NCBI GenBank assembly: GCA_036172245.1
Contig: JAYWIR010000010.1
Coordinates: forward strand, 1,798,001 to 1,862,000
Direction of reading: 5' to 3'
Source: Raillietiella orientalis
Lineage: Eukaryota
DNA length: 64,000 nucleotides
How positions within the stretch are numbered: the first letter of the stretch is position 1; every line of letters starts with the position of its first letter. A program made the position numbers and the translations under genes. The notes under the pieces were generated by a model. It worked only from the letters and a program-made list of their open reading frames with translations, had not been told where the DNA came from and did not search any database. Below are positions 37,397 to 51,010 of this stretch, one piece after another.

Positions 37397-38601
37397 TCAC
37401 CTGGGCGTAGGAGAGTGGGAAGAGGTCGGCAAGGGTGGAGGTGGGGTGTGCTCCTCAACGCTGGCACCTTTTGCGTGCCATGGAACCCACGTCGTGTGAT
37501 GGGTTTTCGCCAAACTGTGCAACTCGGACAATACGGCCATCCACGACTTGACCCAACACACATGATCATCGCTGAAAGAAACGAGCAAGCACCATCTTTT
37601 CCCGATCTTCCCTTCGACCCGGAAACTCACTTTTGCTTCCATTCCTGGAGGACGCGCTTCACAGGGAGTCGGCATAAAAACATCATGTCTTGAACCGCAT
37701 CCGCGGGATAGGGGCTCTACGAAAAGGAAAGAAAGTTTGCGGATGCGTGCCCGACCACCTACCATGGTCACCCAAAGGATGGCTGCCACACTCTGGCTGA
37801 TCACGCACAGGTGAACATGCGTCTCGGTGTCGCGCTGACTTTGCTCGAATGCCTCGATCTGCACGATGCACTCGGAAAGCGGTTGAAGGAGGTCGAGCAC
37901 TTTCGAGTCGTCGGGTTCCTGCGAGCAGCATATTAGTTGCATCAAACGCCCCTGGATCCTGCAACAGGAAAGGAAGATGGTTAGCAACTGGGAAACCGAG
38001 GAGAGGGAACCTTCCATCGTGGGCTTATGAACACCTTACACGCTTACTTGAATGCTTTCAGCACCATGTCCGAGTGCTTGCGAACCGCTTCCGAGATCTT
38101 GGCCGACAGATTGTGGTAGACGGCCAAAGATCCCTTCCCAATTCGGGCGTAATCTTCGAGCCACGGATTGCTGATCTCTGGAAACAGCGGCAAACAAGGT
38201 ATCGACATTCTGGACGATGGAAGGCACGCTGTTTCTCCATTGCGAGCTGTTAGCGACCCGTGAGTTGTGAGTTGATCAGCCAAGCCGTGTTAGGTCGACA
38301 GAAAGCGAGAATGGCCGCTGCAGCTCATCTTCGCTGCACGCGTCGCTCTGCCGATTTCGGCTATTCCAGGCAGCGCGGACGTGCACATCGGACTTGCGGG
38401 CAAGCAGCAAGCCATTGCACGCGGACAGTCGCAATTACCGAAGCCATCCGACTGCTCCACGCCAAGTTCGGCCTCCGTTGCCGCAGCTTCCAGCGCCGTG
38501 GCTGCTATCTCCAATCGCGTTATCAAGGATTCCAGTGCCGGGACCACGGACTCGATTTGCCCTTTGGGAAAAACAAGAAGCGTCTCATTAGCATTTTTCA
38601 T
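37397..38601 (-). CDS. Divergent adenylyl cyclase-associated protein (CAP/Srv2)-like gene: RLE motif, helical folded domain and polyproline only
   Basis: Spliced exons LESLITRLEIAATALEA; LSAKISEAVRKHSDMVLKAF; LLQPLSECIVQI...HLCVISQSVAAILWV; KRVLQEWK; HVCWVKSWMAVLSELHSLAKTHHTT; PPPPLP. These follow the CAP N-terminal half in order. Start and 3' end are uncertain. Confidence 0.8.
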
Positions 38602-38962
38602 GCATTCAACCGATCGGACAACGCGAGTGGCAACACGCGTGCCTCGCAAGCCGTCAGCGCACCGCTCCCGCCACCGCCATCACGTCGCAACGCTGCCATG
38701 AGAGAAGCACACGAAACGTTCATGCGAAGGGAAATTATCATTGCTTTTCTTCGCATCCCAAGTGCAATTGCCTTGCTTGCGGAACGTTCGGCTCGACAAA
38801 ATGCTCTCGCAGCAGCTTGCACTCGGATAAATGGCCACCTGGTTCCGGAAAGAGTTTGAAGAACAAATCGCGCCTGTGAAATTCCCGAAGGCAACGCAGC
38901 GGCGCTCTTTCCAGACAAGCCTGCACTTTTCCGAAATGCGCACCCCTTCTACCGGCTTCCGG

Positions 38963-40192
38963 TCAAGAACACGTGCAACGGCTCTTCTTCTTTTCCGTCC
39001 TTCCTTGTTTCGCGCACAAGCGAACAAAAAGCAAGTTTCTCGACCAAACGCATGCCAACGCGTTGCGAGCTCCACACGAGCCACGCACACGTACGCGTAC
39101 GTTCGTGCGCGAACGTGCAGAACGAGCGACGCGCATCCGCAAACTCCACCCGGGGCACCGAACGGGAGCAGACGCGTGTGCAGTGGCCGGAATGCAGAAC
39201 CCGTTCCACCAACCTTCTCGGCAATAATCTCCATAGTCGCACTGAACGCTGCGGCTGACCAGCCACCCATCTGGAGAGGTCTGCTTTCTTCGTCGCAGTT
39301 CGAGGCTATGTGTGCCTGCGCACCCATCCACAGCTGCCGAGGGCAGTTCGGCGCCATCGGCTCCCCAGACTCGGGAATGGCGGCAGTCGTTTCCTTCGTT
39401 CCGCTTCGGCTCCGTGAGCAGCATCTGCAGGGAATGCTCTTCCTGCTCCCTGGCTACGTCGCCGCCTCCGTCTTTGCCTCGCAGTTTGCTCGAGACTTCG
39501 CGTTTCGTAGGTTCGTTCCCCGGCAAGGACGTTGCCAGGGTCGCATCTTCTCCGGTTCTCCTTCCCCTGTGCTTGGAGAACCGGAAGCAAGCTAGCGTTT
39601 TTCCTTTCTTCGCCTTTTCGTTCGTGGTCTTCGTTCGTTCGCAGTTTCCATGCTCCTGCTTGGAAGCAATCGTTTCGGCCGCCTCCTTGTCGTCACCCGG
39701 AACCATTTGCCTTTTGCGATTCGCAGGCACGCGTTCCTTCGTCTCCTGTTGTTCCCGAACTTCTACCTTCTTCAGCACGAACCGATTCCGTTTGTTGCCG
39801 CATTTCTTCTTGCATTCCCGATCTTCCTCCCGTTTCTCTTTCGCTTTCTGTCTTTCCTCCTCGTTTCTCTTCTTCTTCCGTTCATCTTTCCGTTTCTTGT
39901 CTCGCTTCCGTGCTTCCTCGCTGGCTTTTTCCCCCCTCTTTCTGCATTCCTTGCTCTCCTTCTCTTGTGGAGTGAGGTTGCTTTTGAAGAACGAGGTTGC
40001 CTCCACGAGCTTCGGAATGGGAGGTCCGATGTAGGATTTCAGGTACAGAGAAAGAGCAAACTGGTTGGACAACGGGCCAGCGAGCTGATGCTGCGACCCG
40101 AAGTACCGCACTGAAGGGACTGTGGCGCTGGGGTGAGCTCCTGAGCATTTTTCGGGAAGTAATTGAGAGAGCCCCAGTGCTGAGGTATACAC
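38963..40192 (-). CDS. Hypothetical 409 aa ORF with a K/E/R-rich charged coiled-coil-like segment
   Basis: Longest ORF in the window, with charged low-complexity sequence at ~39600-39990 and no recognisable family. Its 5' part lies in the duplicated block. Confidence 0.4.
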   Translation of the reverse strand: MYTSALGLSQLLPEKCSGAHPSATVPSVRYFGSQHQLAGPLSNQFALSLYLKSYIGPPIPKLVEATSFFKSNLTPQEKESKECRKRGEKASEEARKRDKKRKDERKKKRNEEERQKAKEKREEDRECKKKCGNKRNRFVLKKVEVREQQETKERVPANRKRQMVPGDDKEAAETIASKQEHGNCERTKTTNEKAKKGKTLACFRFSKHRGRRTGEDATLATSLPGNEPTKREVSSKLRGKDGGGDVAREQEEHSLQMLLTEPKRNEGNDCRHSRVWGADGAELPSAAVDGCAGTHSLELRRRKQTSPDGWLVSRSVQCDYGDYCREGWWNGFCIPATAHASAPVRCPGWSLRMRVARSARSRTNVRVRVRGSCGARNALACVWSRNLLFVRLCAKQGRTEKKKSRCTCS

Positions 40193-43100
40193 AGGTGCTC
40201 ATAGAGTTAAGAGGCACGAGGAGACGAGCTCATCACTGCAGGTCGAAGCCTGGGTCAAGGAAACCACTCTTCCGATTACGCATCAAAAAGAATAGAAGAA
40301 AGCCGGGCGACAGCAGTCAATGCACGCAGCCGCAATACAAACGAATGAAAACACCTTTGCTTCGTACCATCGGCAGGCGCCACCAATTCCGGCCCCTTCC
40401 TGCGTGCAATGCAATGCGTTGTTGCACGAAAAGAATCTGCAGAACGACAGCCGGAGACAAAAAAGTCATTACGGAATGCGCCATTCTGCAGACAACGCCA
40501 GCGCCATAGTGAGCTCTTGCACTATGTGAGAGGCGCAAGAAGAGCGTTCACGAAAGAAGGCTCTCGATTGCCTACGCCCTTGCAGCGAGTACTCATAATT
40601 CCATGTCCAAAGAAGCCCAAAATTAGAAGACAGGCCGTCATAAATGCCGCCGTTTTCTCCTCGGTGTACATGGAACAAAAAGGAGCTGCTCATTTTACGA
40701 CAAAGAGAGGGTTTTCTCAGCTGTTTCCGATCCCGTGCACCAATACGGACAGAGAAATCCATCCCTTCCTTCCTCAACTCGTGAATCCTTTTCTTCCACG
40801 CAAACAGGGCTTTGGCGCTTGTCGGTTTTCCGGTCACCGTCTTTCGGAAGATAATATTGTTTCAGAAAGCATTGAAAACCACGGAAATGCAAAAAGGCGG
40901 GAAAAAAGGAGCCCCAGGTGAATACGCGCAGTCAATAGGAGCATGGAGACAACGCAGGACATCGTTCATGCTGGCGGCCTCGCTCTTTCAGCGCCTCCAC
41001 ATAATTCCATGACAGAACGCTACTTTGGTGAGCGCCAGAAATGCACGTTGATCCACGCCAGAGGCGCATGCGCCTGGCCGCCTTCCCCTCTTTGAGCGTA
41101 ACCACGGAAACACTTTCCATCAGAAAAAAGAATCATGAACTTCTGGCAGCGCTCGTTTGCTGTGCTCATGGTTATTTTGTCGGCTTTCAGGATTCGCGAT
41201 TACGCCAGATTCCTGTACGCTGCCCTCACGGCTCCTTCGCTAGACGAGGAGGCGCGCGAGTAGCTGCTCGCCTTCCCGCCCTCCGTCCGTCGCCCAACAA
41301 GGAGCTTTTTAGCCTCCGTTTCACGGACCGCGGAGTTTACGCATTCGTGCGTGCTCCTCCCTCACCCCTCATCCCCTGAAGTCCCCCTGTTAGCCCCATT
41401 GCCTTCACCTAGTCCTCCCCGGTGACGTTCGCTGCCTGAGAGAACGCCCCACCTCGCATCGACCAGGTAGCGAGGCCGGGGCGCCTCCCCCGCATCCAGC
41501 CGAGGAACTCGGCAGCTGATCGCAGAACACCTCCACCGTAACACCAGCAGAGCAGGCACACCGGAGAAAGAGGGGCGCGCCGGCCGACGTGGGCGGCGCC
41601 GGCATGGCGCGCTCCCTTCTCCGCAACAATAAATTTGCGGTTAATTTTGCAGTAAACTCGGTGGCAACGGCTCTCTGCTGAGACATCACCACCAGCCGAC
41701 AGGATACGCCTCCTTCCTTATCCTGCCACTAGCCCGGCTGCTTCTTTTGCTTCCACCATTCCGTTACCCTGTCGTCAAAGGTGACGTGTCGCCCATAAAG
41801 GGCGTAGGCGAATACCCAACCATTCACTTAAAACTTTCTTGGCAAAGCTGCTGCCCTGCCTCTTTATTCAGCAGTGATGCTGTGCATCACTTCACCACAA
41901 CGCGCCACTCGACCAAAGCAACGTTTATGTCAATTCCACTGACTGCCGCAAGGCAGTCGAGTTTGCTGGTTCCTGGAGCATTCCTGGAGCGATGTCCACC
42001 CGACAGTGCACCACGGACGCGCCAGAGAAGCGTGGTCCACATTATGCAGCATCCGCACAGGACGGCTCAAAACGGGTGAGTGCAGCACACTTCTGGTGAG
42101 TGCTTTTGTTGAGCGATTCTTGTAGAGTTAACCGTGCTCGGTGCTGCTGGGAAGCTGCAAAGGACGGGCGTTCCACCGCAAGAAGATGGCATGCTCTGAG
42201 ATGGTGGCAGAACGGCAACTCGGTCGCAGCGTTGCTCCAACCCTTTTTCTGCCGTGGGCGGACGGTTGGAAAAAGGATGCCGGGCATCCAGGTGCGCCAC
42301 AATCCCTCGTGGTGTTCTCTGCGGCCCACCGGTGCACGCGCCCTTCAGTTGCCGTTACCGCCAGCAATGCACGCCTTCCTCTTCCCACAGACAGCATCCA
42401 GAGGATACTCCACTTTTACTGCATTGGTTTACTACCAGCAAATTAAGGAAACAGCTAGAGGAGAAGTTGCCCTTCTTGACGAATCCTGACATGTCCTTGC
42501 TTCCGTTTTCCTTCCTGCGTAGTCCCTATCGCGTACTGCTTTAAGTACAGAATTCTTTCAGGATCGTCTGGACACGGGATGCCGCCTTCCTGCATTCGCT
42601 CGCATCTTCGAGTCTTCCTCTTGTAAGCGTGGAAGACTGAGTCCAGATGTGGACATTGCCTATTGGGAAGCCACTTCCCGTTTCCATATTCAAATGTGCT
42701 CTTGATGATCCTTTTTGCTTCAAAGATAATGTCGTCTTAACGTTCTCTACTTTCTCCTTTTATCATCTTTCTACGCCGGAGTGCACACTTTTACTTATCG
42801 AGCTGCAGGTTGTACCTTCTAACTCACCTGCTCTTACTTGCCCTCTATCTTTGCGCTGGAACACAGCAATGAACTTCGAACTCCCCATTGAATGAAACCC
42901 AATGGAATGAACGCAATCTATACTGTGCTGAAAATCCAGGATGCAGAAATGAATAGCACTTCTTGCAGATTTTACTTTTTATGGATGGCAGGCTACAAAA
43001 CAAGTAACAGTTGCCATTTTAGCACCAAAGTACTTACATTTGGGTTTGCGATTTCTGACTACCAGATATCAAGCCATCACAGTATAAGAAAGCTAGGCCG

Positions 43101-44848
43101 GAACTTCTTCGATCAGGCTGCGAAACAAGTTGTGCTAACTTCAAACAGAATGAACACTTTTGAATACACTTTCATGGGCAGAAACATAAAACAGTGTCTT
43201 AGCTACAGTGTTACAATTGGAATACACATACTCATAATAAAAACAGGCAGCTGATCAAGTGCCTGAAAACGCAACTGATGACTATAAAATGGCTGTTGCA
43301 CTTATGGATTAAAGTATTTTCAAGGCATGCAATTTGAAAACTGCGGCAAGTAGGGAAAATGTTGCAACACAACTCCCACCTTTAGGGGATGCTAATACAA
43401 TAACAAATTGCAAACTTTACTCCTGGAACAAACTTGCAATACAGAAATCCGAAGTTAAGAAAACATCAGCCTGCTTTTATTACAATTAATTATTAATCTG
43501 ATGTGGTACACGAGCATCAAACAAAAATCCTCCAGGCAAACTTCCAATGGGAAATAATCTTACACTTGATAAAAGGCAACAAATGCTTTTATTAATGCTT
43601 CCAACTTTTTTCGTGGCAAATTCAAATTCTGAGTGATTCTATTAGAAAAGAGCGAAAAGTTCAGTGCAACTTTAAACTTTACAACAAATGCATCCACATG
43701 AAGGGTCACACTTAAGTAGGAAATGCTGAATTCACTCAAGTTACAACACAGTTGACATGACCTGATTCGCACAATATTTGCTTGGTGTGATTCAACTTTA
43801 GTTTGAGGCCCCACTGGCATACATAAATATTTAGAGAGGAATTTACATGATAAAATAAACCAAAACTGAAGCACTTTCTTAACGAATACAAATTTCTTAA
43901 CTACACGAATACGAACCTCAAACATAAAGCACCATCAAATAATTTTCAAAAACAATTGAACAAACTCATGGTAACTGACGTTTCAAGAACACTTTCGTAT
44001 ACCTGGAATCAGTGATGAATACGCCTTTGCATGTATCTGTTCTGATTCTTTTTGCATCCTTTGGCCATCACACAAGACGCACTGAAAACAGGGAAAGCGT
44101 GGCCGAGCACCGGTTGGTGCGGCTCGCGGGCCACGTTCCGACTGTTTCACAGACTTTCCGCATGCAACTCGGCGGCGCATCCCTCAGCACAGAAACGAAC
44201 AAGGGTTACCAAATGCGGGCAATGCTCTTCGAGAAAACCAGGAGCAAGATGACAAAGCGAACCAAACAACATCATCCAAGTTTCTGAAAACACTCTTTGT
44301 TACATAGTTATGTTCCAATTTCGCAGCACGTCACGTAAATATATATCGACACTTCACGATTGTTCTCGATTTTCGATTGCACGAAAGAGAAATTCTACAT
44401 TTGTAACAAAAAGATCATTGTGACTCTTTCGTAAAGATGCCATCGTGTTCTCGGAACTTCTTCTGTCAATTCGGAAGCTGAGCATACATGATCATCTGCT
44501 TGAAGGCCATGTCATTCGCAGTCAGGTTTTCTCTTTTTAATGAGAGATGCCAAAATTCAGCACTTATACTTCAATCCATGTTTTAAACTGTTGATGAGCT
44601 TTTAGTAAGCTGCGAGTATTTCCGAATTGTCAAACGCTAGAACTTCCAAGTTTCTTGAATCTCATACGAGGACTTGCAAGTAGGTAATTTATCGCAACCT
44701 TTGGATGGATGCTTATATCGTAAATAAAATTCATGGTTTTCGGGATAATTTACAGATATTTCAAAGCGCTTCGTGCACAGGATTCAGTTGGAATGTTGAC
44801 ATAATCATACAGTATAACATTTCAAAAGGTTGCACACCCGAAATGAAT
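40013..44848 (+). repeat. Segmental direct duplication, copy 1 (~4.8 kb)
   Basis: Begins CGGAATGGGAGGTCCGATG and ends TGCACACCCGAAATGAAT, matching 51011-55794. Many identical ORF translations appear ~11 kb apart. Confidence 0.97.
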
Positions 44849-47365
44849 TGTTATGCACTAACAGACAGCGCTTCATTTTCCTTGGGCTCGTTTGATATCC
44901 TTGGACATGTTCCATCGATTCTTCCCCGACAGGCTAAGGTGCTCCCGCCTTCTCATCTACCTCTCCTCCTCTATGATCCTCACGCAAAGTCATCAGTCGC
45001 TAGTGAATAGAGATCTCCGCCTCCAGCTGCTTGGAGTAGTAACGCAGCGAGTGATTGAATTCTCATTCCTTCCGTCTCTCGTGAATCCCACAGCTTTGTG
45101 GCCTAGTCTCTCTTTGCTTAGCGGCTGTTGAACGTAGCGGAATTCCATGTAGAACTTTCGTGTCTCAGGAACGCTAGCAGATGCCCATCCGCGCATCTGC
45201 GAGCGATTTGCAACGCTTTACCCGTGACATTCTCAAGGGAACGCCAAGGCCATTCGCACCCAATGTGGAGTCGGAGCGAACTGCTTGTTCATCCTCTCCG
45301 TTCTTTTTCCGTTCCATTGCTGATCGATTCCTCCAATCAGTCCTGTATCTCACTCCAAATGGTTCCCGTATTGCTCTCCGAATTCGAACTCCATGAGCTT
45401 TCCGACTCGTGTTGTTCGCAAAGGACTGCAGCAAGGATGGGTAGACAAAGGTGAGACTAGAGGAATTTCCGCTTCTGTCATCTGCTAGGGAAGCGTCCTC
45501 TAGGCCATGCATCCTGTTGATACTAACTTTTGGTTCGCGAAAGCAGGTGCTCTAACTACCTGCGATTCTTGAGTTCATGCAACCGAATTCAGTATGGCAG
45601 AATGGACCGAGTTGTCAAGCAAATTCCTACACTCCCTCACGGTTGGGAATCCGCTGCAGAGGATCGTGGAATGCGTGTTTGATCTGTTACTCCGACCCGT
45701 TACAGATCACCGGGAAGCATTCGCATTCCCTACCATGACAAAACTCTTGCCTGAGCAGCCCTTGCCTGTTGCTTCCTGCATTCGAGAAGAGCAGTCGGTC
45801 CCTACGATCATGTGGTCACTTCACAGCGCATCCCAGTGCGTAAGTGGCAAACTAAGCTTTCTGGTAGGAGGTGAAGGTTCCACGGAGATCTCAAGCTCCG
45901 ACGTTGAGCTCCCAGCTACATTCCGATGGGAGTCGCGCTCTCGGCATCCGTGTCCTTATGCATTTCCGGCTCGTAGAAAGACAACCTCATAGTCCAAGAA
46001 GGCGTTTCTACAATGAGAAACTTTCTGTATAGCTCCTGCCCTCCCAAGTCATTGTCTCAGGAACACCGCGGTGTTTCGGGTGCCCCTCGAGTGCGCCGGT
46101 TTCCGTGACTGGCGAGGACGGCAAGAAGACCTCAAACGAGCTTCCCCTGTTCCGGGATGCCAGATGTTCCATGTGTTCTGGATAGAAGCGTTCGAGGTCA
46201 GTGGACAAAACGGATGGACGTGAAAGGAGCGCTAAGCGCATCTGTGAAAACTCCAAAGATGGTCGTGAGAAGAATCCCGAAGGCAAATACCACAGCTTTT
46301 TTCACACATGCTGCCGGCGCCTCCGTGGAAATTCCCTGGTTCTCTCCACTGAATGCGCCGATTGCATACGTACTCGTCAGCGCTTCTTCACGTAAGGCAG
46401 GCGAACTAGCCCTCCTTACACTGGAGGGTATGCAGTGTCAGCGGAAACTCAGAAGACTCGCCCTCTTTGCGAAACTGTGGACAACGCCTTGGTGCTATGC
46501 AACACGGCTGCTCGAGAAGATGTCAACCGGCTGCGAAGAACGGACATCCCTCCTAGTCGCTCGCGAGAGACCGCTGAGACGTTCCAAGTACCCGCCAACT
46601 CCGCCAGATGGTTTCCCTGGTAGAGGAGATCACCCAGATCTGCCTCCCTGCAAAGCACACTGCTTGTCTCCAGGAGTCGCTTTTTTCCTGGGGTGAATTT
46701 AACGAAGCGAGCGATGCGCGAACAATCGTGAGTCGTTGAAGAAGATCGTCCTCAACCTGCAGAAGATGCAGTGGTTCTCGTTTCTCTCCCTTTGTCCACC
46801 GCTGTTTCTCCTGAGAGACGCCAAAGACTGCGTCATCAAAGAGACGTGAGAACTGACGTGCTGGATAGAAACAAACAAGAAACTTCCGGGCAGGTGGACA
46901 ACTCGCGAAGTGGTGGACGTTGTGACCCCGAATGGGGTGAGCTCCATGCACTTGTAGCATGACGAGCGCTCCTTGGCGTCCGTTCGGAGGAGGTGAAGGG
47001 CACCGTACCTTGCTGGAAGAGCGGCGCCCTTCCCTCAAGCGGCAAGAGTCGTCGCTGCTGGTGTTGCTTGGAAGAATCCCGTGCAAAAGCGCGCCAGGCA
47101 CACTGGACACAGTGTGGCTGCTAAGTGTGGCAGGTGTGCGAAGAAGGAGACCTTCCCGCACTTGCTGTTGGGCTGTGCTACCCTCCAGCTGCTTCGGCAT
47201 CGCCTCGCGACGATCCTGAAAATTTCGGCGGGCGACCGCAGGGACATTTCCAAACTCCTCGCGTGCCACTCTGACACCAGCCGCGTCCCTCTCAGCTCTG
47301 TTCTATCTTCTCAGGATCATGGCAACCTGAAACTTCGCAAGAAGCATTCGGAATGTTCGTCCTGA
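44705..47365 (+). mobile_element. Decayed non-LTR retrotransposon ORF2, L1/Tx1-like
   Basis: Clear terminal zinc knuckle CGRCAKKETFPHLLLGC (~47125-47180). Weaker upstream APE/linker-like remnants SRLLIYLS (cf. SRLDxxY) and LWPSLSLL (cf. WKLNxSLL). Many stops and frameshifts. Confidence 0.55.
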
Positions 47366-50300
47366 GAGCATCCCCTGAGCGCGAGTCTTCCTGAGGACCG
47401 CCTCGTGATGGCCTCACCAGGAAACTATCCTGACGGAACTTGCCAGCTAACTGGACAGGATGCCGAGAACGCCCTGCAGCTTACCGTGATCCCTTCCGCG
47501 ATTTCCCCTCCCTTGTGAAAATCCTCCTCCTCCGTTTTGCCTTTGTCTTCTTTCACCCTACGCTGTTGTAGCGGACCTCGCCGGACTGCGTACCGGTCCT
47601 CAGCAAGTTCATTGCGCGTGGTAGATTTGATGGTTCTACCACAGCATGTATTCTTATTAACCCAGTGACAAATCCCACGGCATAACCGGGTGATAATCAT
47701 CACTAGTCTCCCAAGGTTCATGTCCTTTCTTTCGAAATCTTTGCGGCTAGGCCAGTGTGGGTACCCTATTCCATATCTACTTTCACTTTCCACTCCATGG
47801 GCGCTCCCCATTCAGTGCTTGCCTGTGCCGGTGCCAGCTACTTTTCTTCAAGCGTCTCCTTTTCTCGTAATTGTTTTAAAGATGCCCTCTTGCAAAAATG
47901 CCTCCAAGTTGCTGATGGTTCACGCCTTGAAGGAGGATCGGCCACTCCGCGCAAGCACGCAAATCGCACGCGCAAGATTCAGCATCGCAGGCTACCGTCG
48001 TCCGTGACGTAAGCTTGAGCTGCCAGCGAGCTGTTGACGGAATGCGCATCACCCTACCTGCGGAATCATGCGGGAAGTGGGTATGCACGCCAAGAGCGCA
48101 GCAGCGCAAAGTCCCGGGATGGGGTAGAAGACGTACTTGGTACGCGCGTCGAACAGACGCACGCTAGATCCATACGACGGATGTATCATTCCCCACTATG
48201 GGCGGTTCGCGCTGCTCGCTGCTTCCCTGACCACAGGTCAACGAGAGCACACTCACGTTTTACCCATCCGCTCTATGCAAGAAGTGATGGTCATCATCTT
48301 GAGTGACCACATTTCATAGCAAAGAAGAAAAGTCCTTTCCAGCCTGCAAATGCAGGAAACCTCCTGCAGTCCCCGATTCACCAAGTGAGAAGGGCAAAGG
48401 CCGCAGACGGGAAGCCGCTGCAAGTCAAAGCAAGCGGATCCGTCGGGATTTGAAGACGAGCGCGCGTTTCCCCGCAGGCTTGCAAACAGGGCTACCGGCC
48501 AGCGGCAGCGATGAACGATACATTGACTCAGGTCATTCCTGCTTCGAAGCTACAAAGGGCGGTTACCACGGGAAAAGTGGTTATTTGACCAACAAGGCAG
48601 CAGTCGAAATATCCAGCATGAGCGGATGAGGGGGGACGCCGTAATTCGATACCCATGGAAACGAACTATCCGGCGATTCGCAGCACTCATTCCACGCAAC
48701 ATCCTCGATGGGGAGCGGACGTGCCTTTCGAGACGCGAGTGACCCGTCCGAACTTGGGGTGGCAGAAGGAGGCGTCGGCGATCCCAGTTCTCCCTGAACA
48801 GACACCAAGCGACCAGACAAGCGCCGAACCAAAATCGTCGCAAAGCTGTTGCTGGGCGTGGATTCGAGAGCAGAGCGAGCTGCCACGGAGTCGAGTGGAA
48901 CTCGCGGAAACCGGGCGCTACGGTTGCTACACACACAGGCGCGGCGCGCGACCCGCGACATGAATGCGGACTGGCAGTCGGGACGCGGATCTCCACGGTG
49001 ACTGGCGGCGACTCCCCCGCAGTCCCGTGCATTTCCGGTGCGACCAGCAGCTCCATTTCCATTCCGTTTCCGGTTATACCGCTAGATGAGATATCATCGC
49101 GTCGCATCAGCGTCCACCCTCGGAGAAGCTCGCAACCTCCAAGCAGGCGTCGACCTTCTCTCCGTTTCGCCTCCAGGTCGCCTGTGTGCCCTAAGATCTG
49201 CAACTAGGGAAGGTCAGATGAAAGCTCACGGACGTCCGATGTCGAGCGACTGAGCACGACCTCGAGGTGGTGGATGTACCACCGGCTGCCAGGACGATGC
49301 AGTATGGAAGGCGCAACCGCGACCACAGCCTGCCCGGAGGCCGCTGGCGCAGTTGTGCGACAAAAACCAACCCTCCTTAACGCGGAATGAAAAAAAGGAA
49401 TTTCAGGGTGTACTGCCTCTTCGTCCCGACTCAACATGGCGGACCATCTTGCAGTCGACAGCACCAGGTTTAGGCCCGGCTTCTCCTTCCCTTATGCCGC
49501 ATCCCTGACGCCGCAAAGACTCAGGTCCAGCCGCCACTGCGCACCTCCTCACTTGAACACCCCGTCCACCCTGAAATTCTTTTTTTTAATTTCGCTTTTC
49601 CTTGTTTTGGCCCCTCCTTTATGCTGTTGTGAAGGACCCCACCCGTCTGCAACCCGTAACCCGGAGGTTGAAATAAAACTGGTTGGACAACCGGTCCAAA
49701 TGCAGGGATAGCAAATATTCATTTTCGTATGAATGAACGTCTCGGCACCCCCGATTGAGATTCCGACGGTGAAGAAGGCTTAAACCGCTGCGCAGGCACA
49801 CGCTGAGAACCGTCGGCGGGAAAAGTGCAGAAAGGCCGTGCTCGCGCACGGGACGTCTCCACGATCGACCGCGAACTCTCAGCCCCCTCCAGGCGGCAAG
49901 CGGAGATCTCTTTCAGGAGCGTGAGATTCGGTCAAGACGACATCCAAAGGTTCCTTCGCAGCCTTCCCACGCCTCGAACACTCCATTCCTGACCCCTCAT
50001 TTCGTCCCTACATTCCTAGTCCAAAAATTCCAGAGACTACCGCCTTTCGCTGATCGCTTGGCAGCAGAACCCAGATGATACACGATTCGGAAGCCGCGAG
50101 GCAGCTTTCTCGCCCGTCCTCAATGACATCATGCCATCCCCGAATCATTCTTTATTTCGCATTATGCACAGAAGCAGAGAGCGAGGCTGCCAAGTAGCAT
50201 GACGGGCAGCGTAGCCGTCGTCGCAAACACCCACTCGAGTAGGCAGACCGCGAACCACAGGGCTACCACAAGTCCAAATGCGTCCCACACGAGAGGCTCA

Positions 50301-51010
50301 CCGAGTTCGACAAGGCAAGAAAAATTCCGCGTGCGGATGCGCACTGCGCACTCGAGAGCTCCGCTTTCCTTTGGAGACAAGTAGTAGCCAACACTCGTCC
50401 ATCCCCACCAGTAATCCAACCTGAAATTCCAAATAATTGAAGTAACTTTTTCATTTCGGCAATAGTGGTGGCAGTTGCAGCTCTCTCCTTCACCGATGGG
50501 CGCCAGACAGCAGAAAGCCCCATTTTGTTCATAGCGACAGTCTTGTCACTCGAGCAATCCTCCCAGGTCCGAACAAGCGTTGGCGTGAAGTTACTGAATT
50601 TCACATTGCATCCTTTACGTGCAAAACTCCATTCACTTCTAGTTTTTGTCTGTGTTTGAAGAATCTGGTCTTTTGCCGACCGCTTTTCCTCTTTGTTCCC
50701 ACAAATTGTGGAAAAATACAGTCATCCCTGTACGGCTGGCCGTTGATGTTCCCCAGCTGCAAGCTCCCGCTTTCCAAATGTCATCGACAGGAAGAAGGCC
50801 ATCAACGATGACTGGGCATGCTCCTTCTTTTCCAGGCTGCAAGGAGTCCTTCGTTCGTCTCACGCAGATTTTCCATCACCAAAGTCGCCTTCCGACTCGG
50901 CAAAGTCTTCTGATTCTCCTTTTCTCTGCTCCGTAAGACACGTAACACTAGCTGGTCCTCCCAGCACAGGCGGGACCACCACAGGGAGCACTTGGGTAGT
51001 AGCCAGGCGG

